A stretch of 64,000 nt of DNA from Candidatus Bathyarchaeota archaeon (GTDB lineage Archaea > Thermoproteota > CALKCG01 > B24 > DRYS01), in the NCBI GenBank assembly GCA_018396535.1, contig JAGTQC010000004.1:11418-75417 (forward strand). Reading direction: 5' to 3'. The notes under the pieces were generated by a model that was not told the DNA's origin, did not search any database, and saw nothing but the letters and a program-made list of their open reading frames with translations. This document shows, piece after piece, positions 10,131-20,100 of this stretch; position 1 is the stretch's first letter, and the number at the start of each line of letters is the position of its first letter. The position numbers and the translations under genes are program-made.

Positions 10131-11750
10131 TTGGATAGGGGTATTCTCTCCATCCTAATAGTCATCACCCTACTACTAGCATTCTCTATAGCATCCATAA
10201 CCCCGAAGGTAGAGTATACACCTACCATGGTTTACAAGTATAGATTCAACATAGACTACGATGGGAATACCTGTACGCTTATAAGATTCGAATCACAGGA
10301 GCCGGGTATAAGCTGGGTTATACTACCATCATACACGAACTGGACTATCTCCGTATCAAACGGTACTATAATCGAAGGCGTATTCAAACCCCTACCCGAT
10401 GGAAATCCATTCTGGGGTAACTACACCTTCAGATTCGAATCAAACGGTAGGATCTTCTCTATGCTTATAGCCTACGCTATCCCCCTATACACGTTTATAA
10501 TAGAGCCTAACGGATTCTTCCTCTCACCTCTCATAGGCTTCGATCGTAGAGCTAGGGGTTCAGCTACAATCTACATGGATGGTAGAATCAGTATCGGTAC
10601 AGCATTCTATCTAAGCGAATCTCTAAACGTTATGAGAACGGTTAACCCTAGGAGGGTATCGGCCGAGGATGATAAGACTATGATAGAGTTCGATGCTATC
10701 TCAGTATCACGTATAGGATTCACATTCTCTAGGAAAGGTTCACCTGATACGGTATCGCTGGTAGATCCACCATTCCGTATGGATATACCATCCAGGTACA
10801 TAGATATAGGTAGGCATATAATGGAGCTGTACAGAGACGCGTATAGGATACTATCAAACATGCTCTGTATAGAATTCGATAGCATAGTCGAGGTTAAGCT
10901 ATTCGTACCTACACTACAACAATTCCAGGAGGGTGTAGCTGGATTCGTACCCATATCCCCAGGGGATCTTCAATCCATAAACTTGAATCTATTCAATCTA
11001 AGATATACAAGCGGAACTATGGAGCTTGTAGCCCTCCACGAGCTCGTCCACCACTTCATAAAATCCATAGGTATATCGATAGATAAGCTGTGGATCCATG
11101 AAGGTCTAGCAGAGTATATATCGATAAAGCTAGCTTCTATGCTAGGCTACGAGGATGCAGCATACGCTAGATATAACCAGCATATGCAAACGCTACAGAG
11201 TATACGCTCACGATCGCTAAACTTTATACAAGGTTGGAGCTTCGTAAATAAGCCAGCTGATATCAGACTCCTATACGCTGCATCATTCTACATATTCCAT
11301 TACATAGGTGAGAAGTACGGTGGTCTAGAATTCTATGGTAGGGTATTCGATATAATTAGAGCTATGGATGGCGTGAAGGAGGATTCGATCCTAGCTACAT
11401 CGATAGGCGTAGTTCTAGGCGATATATCCATAGGGTTATCCGAGTTTAGAAGATTCGGTTTAACCGTAGTTGATACGATTAGCCTATCAGCTACCCTATC
11501 CTATCTAAGGGAAGCTACTAAATCTATACCCGAACTACTAATATCTAAATCCATACTAGAAGCGTTACTACGACAGGTGGAGGAGCTATATGCGAGAGGG
11601 TTGTACACATCGGCTGAATCCCTACTAGGATTATATCAGCAGCTAGTTAAGCTACCATATACACTCACCGTATCAATCTATGCTATACTAGCTATACTAG
11701 CCTTGGTAGGTTTATCGCTAAAAAAGAGGGTGGAGGAATACTATTCGTAG
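10131..11750 (+). CDS. Membrane-anchored secreted gluzincin (clan MA) metallopeptidase-like protein
   Basis: N-terminal signal/TM segment, HELVH..WIHEGLAEY zinc motif, a downstream LLY tyrosine and a C-terminal TM followed by KKR. Confidence 0.75.
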   Translation: MDRGILSILIVITLLLAFSIASITPKVEYTPTMVYKYRFNIDYDGNTCTLIRFESQEPGISWVILPSYTNWTISVSNGTIIEGVFKPLPDGNPFWGNYTFRFESNGRIFSMLIAYAIPLYTFIIEPNGFFLSPLIGFDRRARGSATIYMDGRISIGTAFYLSESLNVMRTVNPRRVSAEDDKTMIEFDAISVSRIGFTFSRKGSPDTVSLVDPPFRMDIPSRYIDIGRHIMELYRDAYRILSNMLCIEFDSIVEVKLFVPTLQQFQEGVAGFVPISPGDLQSINLNLFNLRYTSGTMELVALHELVHHFIKSIGISIDKLWIHEGLAEYISIKLASMLGYEDAAYARYNQHMQTLQSIRSRSLNFIQGWSFVNKPADIRLLYAASFYIFHYIGEKYGGLEFYGRVFDIIRAMDGVKEDSILATSIGVVLGDISIGLSEFRRFGLTVVDTISLSATLSYLREATKSIPELLISKSILEALLRQVEELYARGLYTSAESLLGLYQQLVKLPYTLTVSIYAILAILALVGLSLKKRVEEYYS

Positions 11751-11753
11751 ATC

Positions 11754-12401
11754 CTAGGTTTTAGATGGGCATATATCGTTTAGAGGGCATAAGCTGCATC
11801 TAGGCTTCCTACTCCTACAGAAGCTTCTACCAAGAGCTATGAATAGTAGGTGTACATCCATATAGTCTTCAGGTCTATATAGCGATTCAAGCTTCATCCT
11901 AACCCTCTCATATCCCATACCCCTACTCGTCAATCCTAGCCTACTCGATACCCTTCTAACATGAGTATCTACAGGTATAACTGGCTTACCACCATAGAAT
12001 AGTAGGATAACATCAGCCGTCTTCCAGCCAACCCCCTCTATCTCCATCAGCTTAGCCCTAGCCTCCTCCAACGGTAGCTTCAATATCTCCTCCATAGATC
12101 CACCAATACTAGCTATAAACCTAGCAGCCTCCCTTATCCTCCTAGCCTTCCCCCTCTGCAAGCCAGCGATCCTTATAGCATCAACTATACGCTCCTCATC
12201 AGCTGCGAGTATATCTTCAATCCTCAACCCCACCATCTCATCCAGCCTCCTATACGCGGTGTAGGCGTATACATCTCTAGTATTCTGTGATAGTATAGTC
12301 AATATCAACCCGCGGAATGGATCCACTTCAGATCTAAACTTAATATTCGGGAAAGCTTTTCTCAACCTATCTAGAACCTCGTATGCGTAGTCTCCATCCA
12401 T
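11754..12401 (-). CDS. nth: Endonuclease III (HhH-GPD glycosylase, 4Fe-4S)
   Basis: LILTILSQNT, GVGWKTADV, PVDTHV.RV and CRSRKPRCSLCPLNDIC. Confidence 0.93.
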   Translation of the reverse strand: MDGDYAYEVLDRLRKAFPNIKFRSEVDPFRGLILTILSQNTRDVYAYTAYRRLDEMVGLRIEDILAADEERIVDAIRIAGLQRGKARRIREAARFIASIGGSMEEILKLPLEEARAKLMEIEGVGWKTADVILLFYGGKPVIPVDTHVRRVSSRLGLTSRGMGYERVRMKLESLYRPEDYMDVHLLFIALGRSFCRSRKPRCSLCPLNDICPSKT

Positions 12402-12469
12402 AGCGATACTATAAAGTACACCTTGAGTAAGGTTAAAAACGTATAGCTCAACTACTAGTAGAGGGGTTC

Positions 12470-13168
12470 ATGATCGATATAGATGTTAAAGCCGTAGCTA
12501 CAGATATAGATGGAACCCTAACCGATAGAAGCTACAAGCTTAGCATAGAGGCTATAGAAGCGTTAAGGCTTCTCGAATCTAAAGGTATACCTGTAATACT
12601 TGTATCCGGTAACGCCTATCCGCTAGTTAAAGCTCTACAGATATACCTTGGATGTACCGGAGCTATAGTATGTGAGGGTGGAGCTGTAGTAGAGTACAGG
12701 CATATAGTAAAGGTACTCTCATCTAAGAATAGAGCTCTGGATGCTCTTAGAAGATTGAGAGAAGCGTATGGGGATAGGATAGTAGAGAGCTGGTGTAACA
12801 TATATCGTTTCGCCGATATAGCTCTACATAGGACTATAGCTAGAGATGAGTTGTACACGATCCTAAAGGATTATCCAGATCTTAAGCTATGGGATAGCGG
12901 ATTCGCATACCACATCCTAGATCGTAGCATAGATAAGGGTGTAGGTTTGAAAACTGCAGCTAATCTCATGAATATTCGAGTCGAAGATATAGTAGCTATA
13001 GGCGATAGCGAGAACGATATACCTATGTTCGATATAGCAGGGTTTAGTATAGCTGTAGGCGATGCTAGCGAAGATGTTAAGCATAGAGTAGATCTAGCTC
13101 TAGATAAACCCGATGGGGAGGGGTTCGCTGAAGCCGTAGGTATAATCCTGAGTTTGAAGAAGGGATAG
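12470..13168 (+). CDS. Archaeal phosphoglycolate phosphatase (HAD, Cof-type)
   Basis: DIDGTLT, SGN, DSGFAYHI, DKGVGL and GDSENDIPMF. Confidence 0.88.
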   Translation: MIDIDVKAVATDIDGTLTDRSYKLSIEAIEALRLLESKGIPVILVSGNAYPLVKALQIYLGCTGAIVCEGGAVVEYRHIVKVLSSKNRALDALRRLREAYGDRIVESWCNIYRFADIALHRTIARDELYTILKDYPDLKLWDSGFAYHILDRSIDKGVGLKTAANLMNIRVEDIVAIGDSENDIPMFDIAGFSIAVGDASEDVKHRVDLALDKPDGEGFAEAVGIILSLKKG

Positions 13169-13885
13169 ATACCCTATAGGTTTAGGCTTAACCAGGTATA
13201 CAGCGATATCGCTAGATAAACTCTTCAAAACCTGTATAATCCTCTGCGGATTTGAAGCAATCTTACATACGATATGATGCTCGAGTATACCTAGCCTCTC
13301 ATAGTAGGCTACATACCTCTCCAGCCCCATCCTCCTAAGATATCTTCTAACCATACTAAGCGTAGCCCCCGTTATCAATACTCTACTTAAACCAGTAGCA
13401 CCCCACTCATAGAGTCTAGATAGGAATCTATCTGAGAAGGACGCTGCATAACATCCCCCCTCCATCAACTTGTATAACCTGATCTCCACCGGTACACCTG
13501 GATACAATCCATACATAGCTATAGCCTCCTCATAATCACTCTCTAATTGTAGCTTAACCATCTCCGCTGCTATCATAGCTTCCACAACCCCTACATCGAT
13601 TATCAATCCTCCACTCGCTACAGCCTTTATACGTCCAACCCATACGCTAAACCTATCTAGATCACGATCGTATACAAGTCTAACACCTAGAATCCTCTCT
13701 ATAATCCTACAAGCTATACTAGAATCCTCCCCATCTAGCTCCACATCCACCCAGCCATCATCATTTACTAAAACCTTAAACCTGATGTTCAAACCCTTTA
13801 GATACTCTCTAAGAATAACGTATAGAGACTCCAACCCCCTATCCCTATATACTCCATAGAGTTTACCAGATGTGTAGATTATCAT
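13100..13885 (-). CDS. DUF2110-like archaeal protein
   Basis: K.YG....LE, DGWV.V...GED, IIDVG and ERLGILEH..VCK. It sits immediately downstream of tfe, which is typical for this family. Confidence 0.65.
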   Translation of the reverse strand: MIIYTSGKLYGVYRDRGLESLYVILREYLKGLNIRFKVLVNDDGWVDVELDGEDSSIACRIIERILGVRLVYDRDLDRFSVWVGRIKAVASGGLIIDVGVVEAMIAAEMVKLQLESDYEEAIAMYGLYPGVPVEIRLYKLMEGGCYAASFSDRFLSRLYEWGATGLSRVLITGATLSMVRRYLRRMGLERYVAYYERLGILEHHIVCKIASNPQRIIQVLKSLSSDIAVYLVKPKPIGYLSLLQTQDYTYGFSEPLPIGFI

Positions 13886-14391
13886 ATAGATCTCTCTATC
13901 TCCTCTATCACCTTCTCTAGAATCCCCCTAAGCCTACTATTATCGATAGGTTTGAGTATAGCTCCACACTTCTTACACTTGAAGTTCACATCCATAGCTT
14001 CATCGAAGGTATACCTATGGTCGCCGTCATTCTCGCATACATAGAACTGGTTACTCTCCTCGAACTCCATACGTTCTCTAAGCCTCTTAAGGATCTTCCT
14101 CTTCTCCTGATTGATAAACCCGTCAACCCTCTCTTTATGTAGAATCCACTTATACTGGTATACCCCATACTGACCACCACTATACTCTCTTATCGTAGAG
14201 GCTAAAGCTAGCTTAGATAAAGTATATAATGCTTTCCTTATATCGCTCATTCTTATACCTGTCTGAAAAGCTATCTCCTCGACAGTCCTAGGTACCCCAT
14301 CCTCTAGGAGCTTGATTAGTTTAACCCCATCCCTACCGATTATAGAGGATACGATAGACTCCAGTAGCTTAGACGATTCCTCCAACCCCAC
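13882..14391 (-). CDS. tfe: Transcription factor E (TFE-alpha)
   Basis: Winged helix (EEIAFQTGIRMSDIRKALYTL, YKW) plus zinc ribbon FYVC..RYTFDEAM..FKCKKCG. Confidence 0.93.
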   Translation of the reverse strand: MGLEESSKLLESIVSSIIGRDGVKLIKLLEDGVPRTVEEIAFQTGIRMSDIRKALYTLSKLALASTIREYSGGQYGVYQYKWILHKERVDGFINQEKRKILKRLRERMEFEESNQFYVCENDGDHRYTFDEAMDVNFKCKKCGAILKPIDNSRLRGILEKVIEEIERSI

Positions 14392-14442
14392 CTAGATAAT
14401 ACATCCAGCCTCCCTAGTTATTTACTTTACTTCACCTAGATC

Positions 14443-17400
14443 CTAGTAGACTAGCGGATACTCTGCTATACTCCTTATATCAGCCTCAAGCTCTTTAAGA
14501 ATATCTATATAGGATACCCTACCCTCCTCCACAGCCCTCATAGCCTCCTCGAGTCTACGCGTAGTCTCCTCTGAAACATATTTAGCATACCCTCTATAAA
14601 GGTACTCGTAGGTCTTTCTACCTAGACTAGTAGGTATTATATATCCCCTAGGCAGCTGGATAACATAACCTCTCCTAAACAATGTCGATATAGCCTTCGC
14701 ATACGTCGAAGGCCTCCCTATCCCACGCTCCTTCATAAGCCTTACTAGATCGCTCTCCGTATAGAATCTAATCGTAGACCCCCTCCAATACTGTACATCA
14801 ACTATCCTAAACCTCCCCTCAAGCTTCTCAGGTAGTAGCTGTATAGGTTTAATCATGGTGAAACCCGGATCCAGTATCTTAAAGTAGCCTACCCCCTCGA
14901 CTATATAATCCAGTATATCCACTCTATACTTAGCCTCGATAACCTTAGCCTCCCTCATCTGGCTTGCGATAAACCTATCGAAGATAAGCTTGTAAAGCAT
15001 ATAGTGGTTCTTCGTTAAAGCTATCGGAAAGGTATATACGCGTAGAGTTACCAGCTGCTTAAGTCTATCAGCATCTATAGGCCTAGTAGGTCTTATACAT
15101 TCATGAGCACCCTCCACACCCCATACCCTAGGCTTGAATAACTCGATAGCTCTAGATCCAAACCTCTCCTCTAGATACCTCTGAGCTACACCCCTACCTA
15201 CATCGGATACCCTTACACTATCCGTCCTATGATACGTTATCAAACCCATCTCGAATAGCTCCTGAGCTATATTCATAACATCATCAGCCGACATCCTTAA
15301 GCTAGACGTAGCTTCAGCTAGCATAGAATCAGTAGAGAATGGAGGATACGGTTTAACCTCAACCTCCTCTAGAGATTCTATCCTCACAGAAGCCTCACCC
15401 TCTCTCAATCTAGCTAGAAGCTCATCAACATACCTGCGCTCCATCTTCGGCTTCTCTAGAATAACCGTCAACCCGTTTTCAAGAATTATTCTAAAGAAAT
15501 CTCTTATACTAGCCCTCGCTTTATCATACCTATCTACAACCCATCCTAATACAACCGTCTGCACCCTACCCGCAGATAGAGTAGGCTTACCGAAAACCTT
15601 CTGAACCCTACTACTAAGTTCGAAGCCTATCCACCTATCCTCTATACGTCTTAAAAGCTGTGCCTCCACCATAGCCTGATCGAAATCCCTAGGTTTATTC
15701 AAAGCTTCGAGTATAGCTCTACGCGTTATCTCATGAAACTCCACCCTGCTAACATGCGAAGTATACGGTGATAGCATACACGCAGTATCCCACCCTATCT
15801 TCTCCCCTTCAGAATCCGCATCAGTCCCTATGAATACTGTATCCACCTCGGTAGAAACCTCTCTCAGAGACTCTACGATACCAGCTTTATCGACTAGCTT
15901 AGCACCACACTGTAGACACGATTCAACATCATCCGTATATTGCTCTCCACATTTCAAACACCTCTTAAGGGATCCATAGACAGGTATATACCTTCCATCC
16001 TCGACTATAACCCCGTGATAACCTACATCGGTAACGAGATCATATATATGCCCTCCAGAAGCAGCTATATTCAGGTGGAAACCAGTCCCAGTATCTACTT
16101 CATACACTGTTAGAGAACCGATACGCTTCTTAAGAGGTCTACCGAAGAATCTAGCTATAGTCTTAGCCTTATTAGGCGATTCTACTACGAGTAGAGCAGT
16201 CCTAACTATATCCTTAACCTCGCTAGGCTCTATCCTACCCGATGTAAGTCTAGCTATATAATCCCTCTCCTCATCTATCTGCTTCAATACAGAATCTAGA
16301 TCCACCGATTCTAGAGGCTTCCACTTAATATCATCTATATACCATGAAACCTCTTCGACTAAGCCGTTGAAAGCCTTCCTCTCATCGATTATAACTATCG
16401 ATAAACCCTTCGATAACCCCCTACTATAGAGTCTAGAAGTTCTACCAGATCCTTGAATATAGCCTACAGGATCAGGTACTATGAGTGTAAGCCTCTCTCC
16501 ACCCTCCAGTATAAGTCTAGGACTCTCTTCCAAAGCTCTCTTAACATCCTCCCTAGCGATAAGCTTCCTAGCAAATTCGACAGCATCCTGGTACACTGCT
16601 TGAACCCTACCTAGGAATCCATCCAGCTTCTCCCCTCTAGCTATAGCATCCTCTATCATCTTACCCTCAGATGTAGAGATCATAGACGTATACCGGCGTA
16701 GAGCCGTAATATAATAGTCTATCTGGATCTTCTCATCCTCTGATACGTAATCTCTGAGATGCGATAGGAGTATCGAAACCCTCCAAGGCTTAAACCCTTC
16801 TAAACCTAGATCTATACGAATCTTAGGTACACCAGCGAATATAGCATACCTTATCCTCTGGGGTAAATCTATACCCCTAGCTAGCGGGCTCCTAAAGGAT
16901 GCTACTCCAACAAGTATATCGTAGACACCGGATGCATACTCTTCTAGTATACGCCTCCTAGGTTTAACATACGCATACGCTTTTATACCCCTACTGTTAA
17001 GATAATCTGCAAGCTTAGCAGCGTATGCAGCCCCCATATCCATAGGTACAAAGACCAACCCTCCACCTCCAAGCTTAAGTATAAGGTTAGCCGTCTCCTC
17101 CTCGATAACTCCTCTACACTCGATATACAGATCCTCTACATTCCTTAGAAGCTCGAATCTACCTCCAAGCTCGAATCTTAGAAGCTCCTTGAATAGCATA
17201 ACCCTCTTAGTACGTCTAGCCCTTATAGATGCACCTGAAACTATAAGTATACCGGGTCTACCATCTCTAAGGAATCTAGCTATCTTAGATTCAAGCTCAT
17301 CAACCTCGACTCTAGCTTCATCGATATTCTCCCTACTGCTTAAAGCCTTCCTAAGCCTCCTCCTAGCCTCTATTAGTTTATAACCAGCATCGATAATATC

Positions 17401-18177
17401 ATCCGGAAATCCTAGAAGCTTAAGAACCCTATCCACATTCTTAGAAGCTCTTAGAAATGAGTCTACATCATCTACGAATACTGCATCGAATTTAGCGTTA
17501 GCTAATAGGTCATACCTCCTAGATAGGAAGGCAGAGGTCGTTACTAGTATATCGTAATCCATGCGGAGGATACGCTCATACATCTCCCTAGACTCCTTCT
17601 CAGTCATGAGGGAATGGTATACTGCAACCCTAATATCCGTAAACCCACCTCTCTCTATGAATGCTGAAATCTTTGATTGAACTTGACGTGCAAGTAGAGA
17701 TGTAGGTAGGATCATATACCCCTTCATACCCTTCGATGCTAGGTATACAAGCAAAGCTATACCGAATGAGGTTTTACCCATACCTGTAGGCGCAACTATA
17801 GCTATGGATCTACCCTTAAAGATCTGTTTAGCCCAGCTCCTCTGTACGCTTAGAAGCCTAGACCCCGTACCTTTATAGAATACCTCTTCAAACTCCTCCA
17901 CCCTCCCCTCTAGTCTAGCTATACTAGCATAACGCTTCAATCTACCACTATGTATAAGCTCATCCAAGATTATCCTCCTTAACTCACTCCTAGATAATCT
18001 ACGTGCAAGCTCGATATAATTATCGCCAGGTAAGCATGATTCACATGGAATACCATAGATAAGCCTGAGATCGGATATATCACCCCCACAGTTAGGGCAT
18101 GCACCACGGAATACACAGTGAACTATAGGTGAAACTACAGCCTCCCCCTCTCTAGCTTCCTTCATAATACCACTCAT
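14443..18177 (-). CDS. rgy: Reverse gyrase
   Basis: N-terminal CPNC..CESC zinc finger, APTGMGKT, FVDDVD, YIQGSGRTSR, VESPNKAKTI TOPRIM and ITYHRTDS catalytic Tyr. No intein is seen. Confidence 0.98.
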   Translation of the reverse strand: MSGIMKEAREGEAVVSPIVHCVFRGACPNCGGDISDLRLIYGIPCESCLPGDNYIELARRLSRSELRRIILDELIHSGRLKRYASIARLEGRVEEFEEVFYKGTGSRLLSVQRSWAKQIFKGRSIAIVAPTGMGKTSFGIALLVYLASKGMKGYMILPTSLLARQVQSKISAFIERGGFTDIRVAVYHSLMTEKESREMYERILRMDYDILVTTSAFLSRRYDLLANAKFDAVFVDDVDSFLRASKNVDRVLKLLGFPDDIIDAGYKLIEARRRLRKALSSRENIDEARVEVDELESKIARFLRDGRPGILIVSGASIRARRTKRVMLFKELLRFELGGRFELLRNVEDLYIECRGVIEEETANLILKLGGGGLVFVPMDMGAAYAAKLADYLNSRGIKAYAYVKPRRRILEEYASGVYDILVGVASFRSPLARGIDLPQRIRYAIFAGVPKIRIDLGLEGFKPWRVSILLSHLRDYVSEDEKIQIDYYITALRRYTSMISTSEGKMIEDAIARGEKLDGFLGRVQAVYQDAVEFARKLIAREDVKRALEESPRLILEGGERLTLIVPDPVGYIQGSGRTSRLYSRGLSKGLSIVIIDERKAFNGLVEEVSWYIDDIKWKPLESVDLDSVLKQIDEERDYIARLTSGRIEPSEVKDIVRTALLVVESPNKAKTIARFFGRPLKKRIGSLTVYEVDTGTGFHLNIAASGGHIYDLVTDVGYHGVIVEDGRYIPVYGSLKRCLKCGEQYTDDVESCLQCGAKLVDKAGIVESLREVSTEVDTVFIGTDADSEGEKIGWDTACMLSPYTSHVSRVEFHEITRRAILEALNKPRDFDQAMVEAQLLRRIEDRWIGFELSSRVQKVFGKPTLSAGRVQTVVLGWVVDRYDKARASIRDFFRIILENGLTVILEKPKMERRYVDELLARLREGEASVRIESLEEVEVKPYPPFSTDSMLAEATSSLRMSADDVMNIAQELFEMGLITYHRTDSVRVSDVGRGVAQRYLEERFGSRAIELFKPRVWGVEGAHECIRPTRPIDADRLKQLVTLRVYTFPIALTKNHYMLYKLIFDRFIASQMREAKVIEAKYRVDILDYIVEGVGYFKILDPGFTMIKPIQLLPEKLEGRFRIVDVQYWRGSTIRFYTESDLVRLMKERGIGRPSTYAKAISTLFRRGYVIQLPRGYIIPTSLGRKTYEYLYRGYAKYVSEETTRRLEEAMRAVEEGRVSYIDILKELEADIRSIAEYPLVY

Positions 18178-18311
18178 CTAAATATTCTAAAGCTTCGATT
18201 TAGATCTTTATATATGATTGCTCTAAGCCCAATTCAGTTAAGCTCTACAAAGGAAATGTTTAAGAAGAAGTTTGATGCAGCTTGTACTAGGTATCTTATA
18301 TACCTAGGTAT

Positions 18312-20096
18312 ATGAGGTGGTATCAGGGATTGAAAACATCTCTCGCTAGACTCTTCGCATACATGGTTAGAGAGAAGAAGACGCTAGCATCATTCCTAAT
18401 AGTCAGTGTAACAGGCATCGCTGCAAGTATGCTTGTACCATGGGTCGTAAGAGATATGGTAAACTATATAATCTCGCTAATAGGTACTGGAAACTTCAAC
18501 TTATCCATCATGATCTTCTATGCTTCAGCTCTCGTATCTCTATTCGTCGCATCAGGTTTCCTAGAGTTCCTAGATAGATACTTTTCAGAGCTTCTATCAC
18601 AGAAAGTTATCTTTAGACTTAGAGTTGATCTATACAGCCACCTACAGGATCTATCATATGGGTTCTACGATAAGATCGATACAGGTCAAATAATACTGAG
18701 AACAACCGGTGATATGGATACTATAGGTAGGTTCATAGGCTTCTCCTTCTCGCGTCTAATACACTCTATACTAACGTTCATCATAGCTATAACAATACTG
18801 CTATCAATCAACGCAGAACTCACCGTGATAGCTTTCATAATACTTCCATTACTCACCTTCGTCGTGATAGTATTCAATAGAAAGATAGCTCCTATACTAG
18901 AGGAGCAGTGGACAGTTTTCAGCCGCTTCAATACGGTGATCAAAGAGTATATAACCGGTATGCGTGTGGTTAAAGCATTAGGTCTCGAACCTGTATTCAG
19001 AGATAACTATATGGATAAAGCTGATAGAGTTTACGATCTAAGAGTATCCTTCGCTAAATTCGCATCGTTTATGTGGCCTTCGATAGGTTTACTATCAGGT
19101 ATAGCGAGCGTTCTAGTATACGTTTACGGAGGGTTTAAAGTTATATCTCATACGCTAAGCCTCGGTGATCTAGTAGCCTTCATAACATACCTATCGATGC
19201 TTAACAGGCCTATCATATCCTTCGGTTTCTTCATCATAAACTATAAGAGAGCTATGGTCTCGGCGAGTAAGATATTCGAAGTACTCGATGCAGAACCTGA
19301 AGTTAGGGAGGAACCTGAAGCTATAGAGCTTAGAGAGGTTAAAGGTGCTATAGAGTTTAGAAACGTGACGTTTGGATACGTCGAAGAGAAACCTGTATTG
19401 AAGGGTATATCGTTTAAGATAAGGCCTGGAGAGAAGGTAGCTATCGTCGGAGGTACAGGATCTGGTAAAAGTACTATACTTAAACTTATACCTAGATTCT
19501 ACGACCCATGGAGTGGGCAAGTGCTTATAGATGGTATCGATGTTAGGAAGGTTAAGCTATCCTCTCTAAGAAGGCATATAGGTATAGTGCACCAGGATGT
19601 ATTCATATTCTCAGGTACTATAAAGGATAATATAGCCTATGGCAAGCCTAACGCTAAGATGGATGAGATAATAGAAGCCGCACGTATAGCAGGTATCCAC
19701 GACTTCATATCCCAGCTACCTAGAGGCTATGAGACACCTGTAGCAGAGCGTGGTATAACACTCTCAGGAGGACAGAGGCAGAGGATAGCTATAGCTAGAG
19801 CTATACTCATGAACCCGGAGATTCTACTACTAGATGATCCGACTTCAAACCTAGATGCAGAGACTGAAGCTCGCGTAGTCGAAGCTTTAAAGAAGCTTAT
19901 CGAGGATAGAACAGCGATAATCGTTACACAGAGGCTTTCGACACTTAAACTCGCAGATAGGATACTAGTCTTAGATAAGGGTGAGATAGTAGAGGATGGT
20001 ACTCATGAAGAACTTCTCAGTAAAGGTGGGGTATACGCTAGGCTATACATGTCGCAGTTCGCCCATCAGGAGGCGTTACTAGCTAGGGAGGTGTAA
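18312..20096 (+). CDS. ABC exporter half-transporter (TMD+NBD) with degenerate catalytic residues
   Basis: Six TM segments, GGTGSGKS and LSGGQRQR. Walker B is LLLDD (E->D) and the switch is TQR (H->Q). Confidence 0.92.
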   Translation: MRWYQGLKTSLARLFAYMVREKKTLASFLIVSVTGIAASMLVPWVVRDMVNYIISLIGTGNFNLSIMIFYASALVSLFVASGFLEFLDRYFSELLSQKVIFRLRVDLYSHLQDLSYGFYDKIDTGQIILRTTGDMDTIGRFIGFSFSRLIHSILTFIIAITILLSINAELTVIAFIILPLLTFVVIVFNRKIAPILEEQWTVFSRFNTVIKEYITGMRVVKALGLEPVFRDNYMDKADRVYDLRVSFAKFASFMWPSIGLLSGIASVLVYVYGGFKVISHTLSLGDLVAFITYLSMLNRPIISFGFFIINYKRAMVSASKIFEVLDAEPEVREEPEAIELREVKGAIEFRNVTFGYVEEKPVLKGISFKIRPGEKVAIVGGTGSGKSTILKLIPRFYDPWSGQVLIDGIDVRKVKLSSLRRHIGIVHQDVFIFSGTIKDNIAYGKPNAKMDEIIEAARIAGIHDFISQLPRGYETPVAERGITLSGGQRQRIAIARAILMNPEILLLDDPTSNLDAETEARVVEALKKLIEDRTAIIVTQRLSTLKLADRILVLDKGEIVEDGTHEELLSKGGVYARLYMSQFAHQEALLAREV

Positions 20097-20100
20097 CGCG

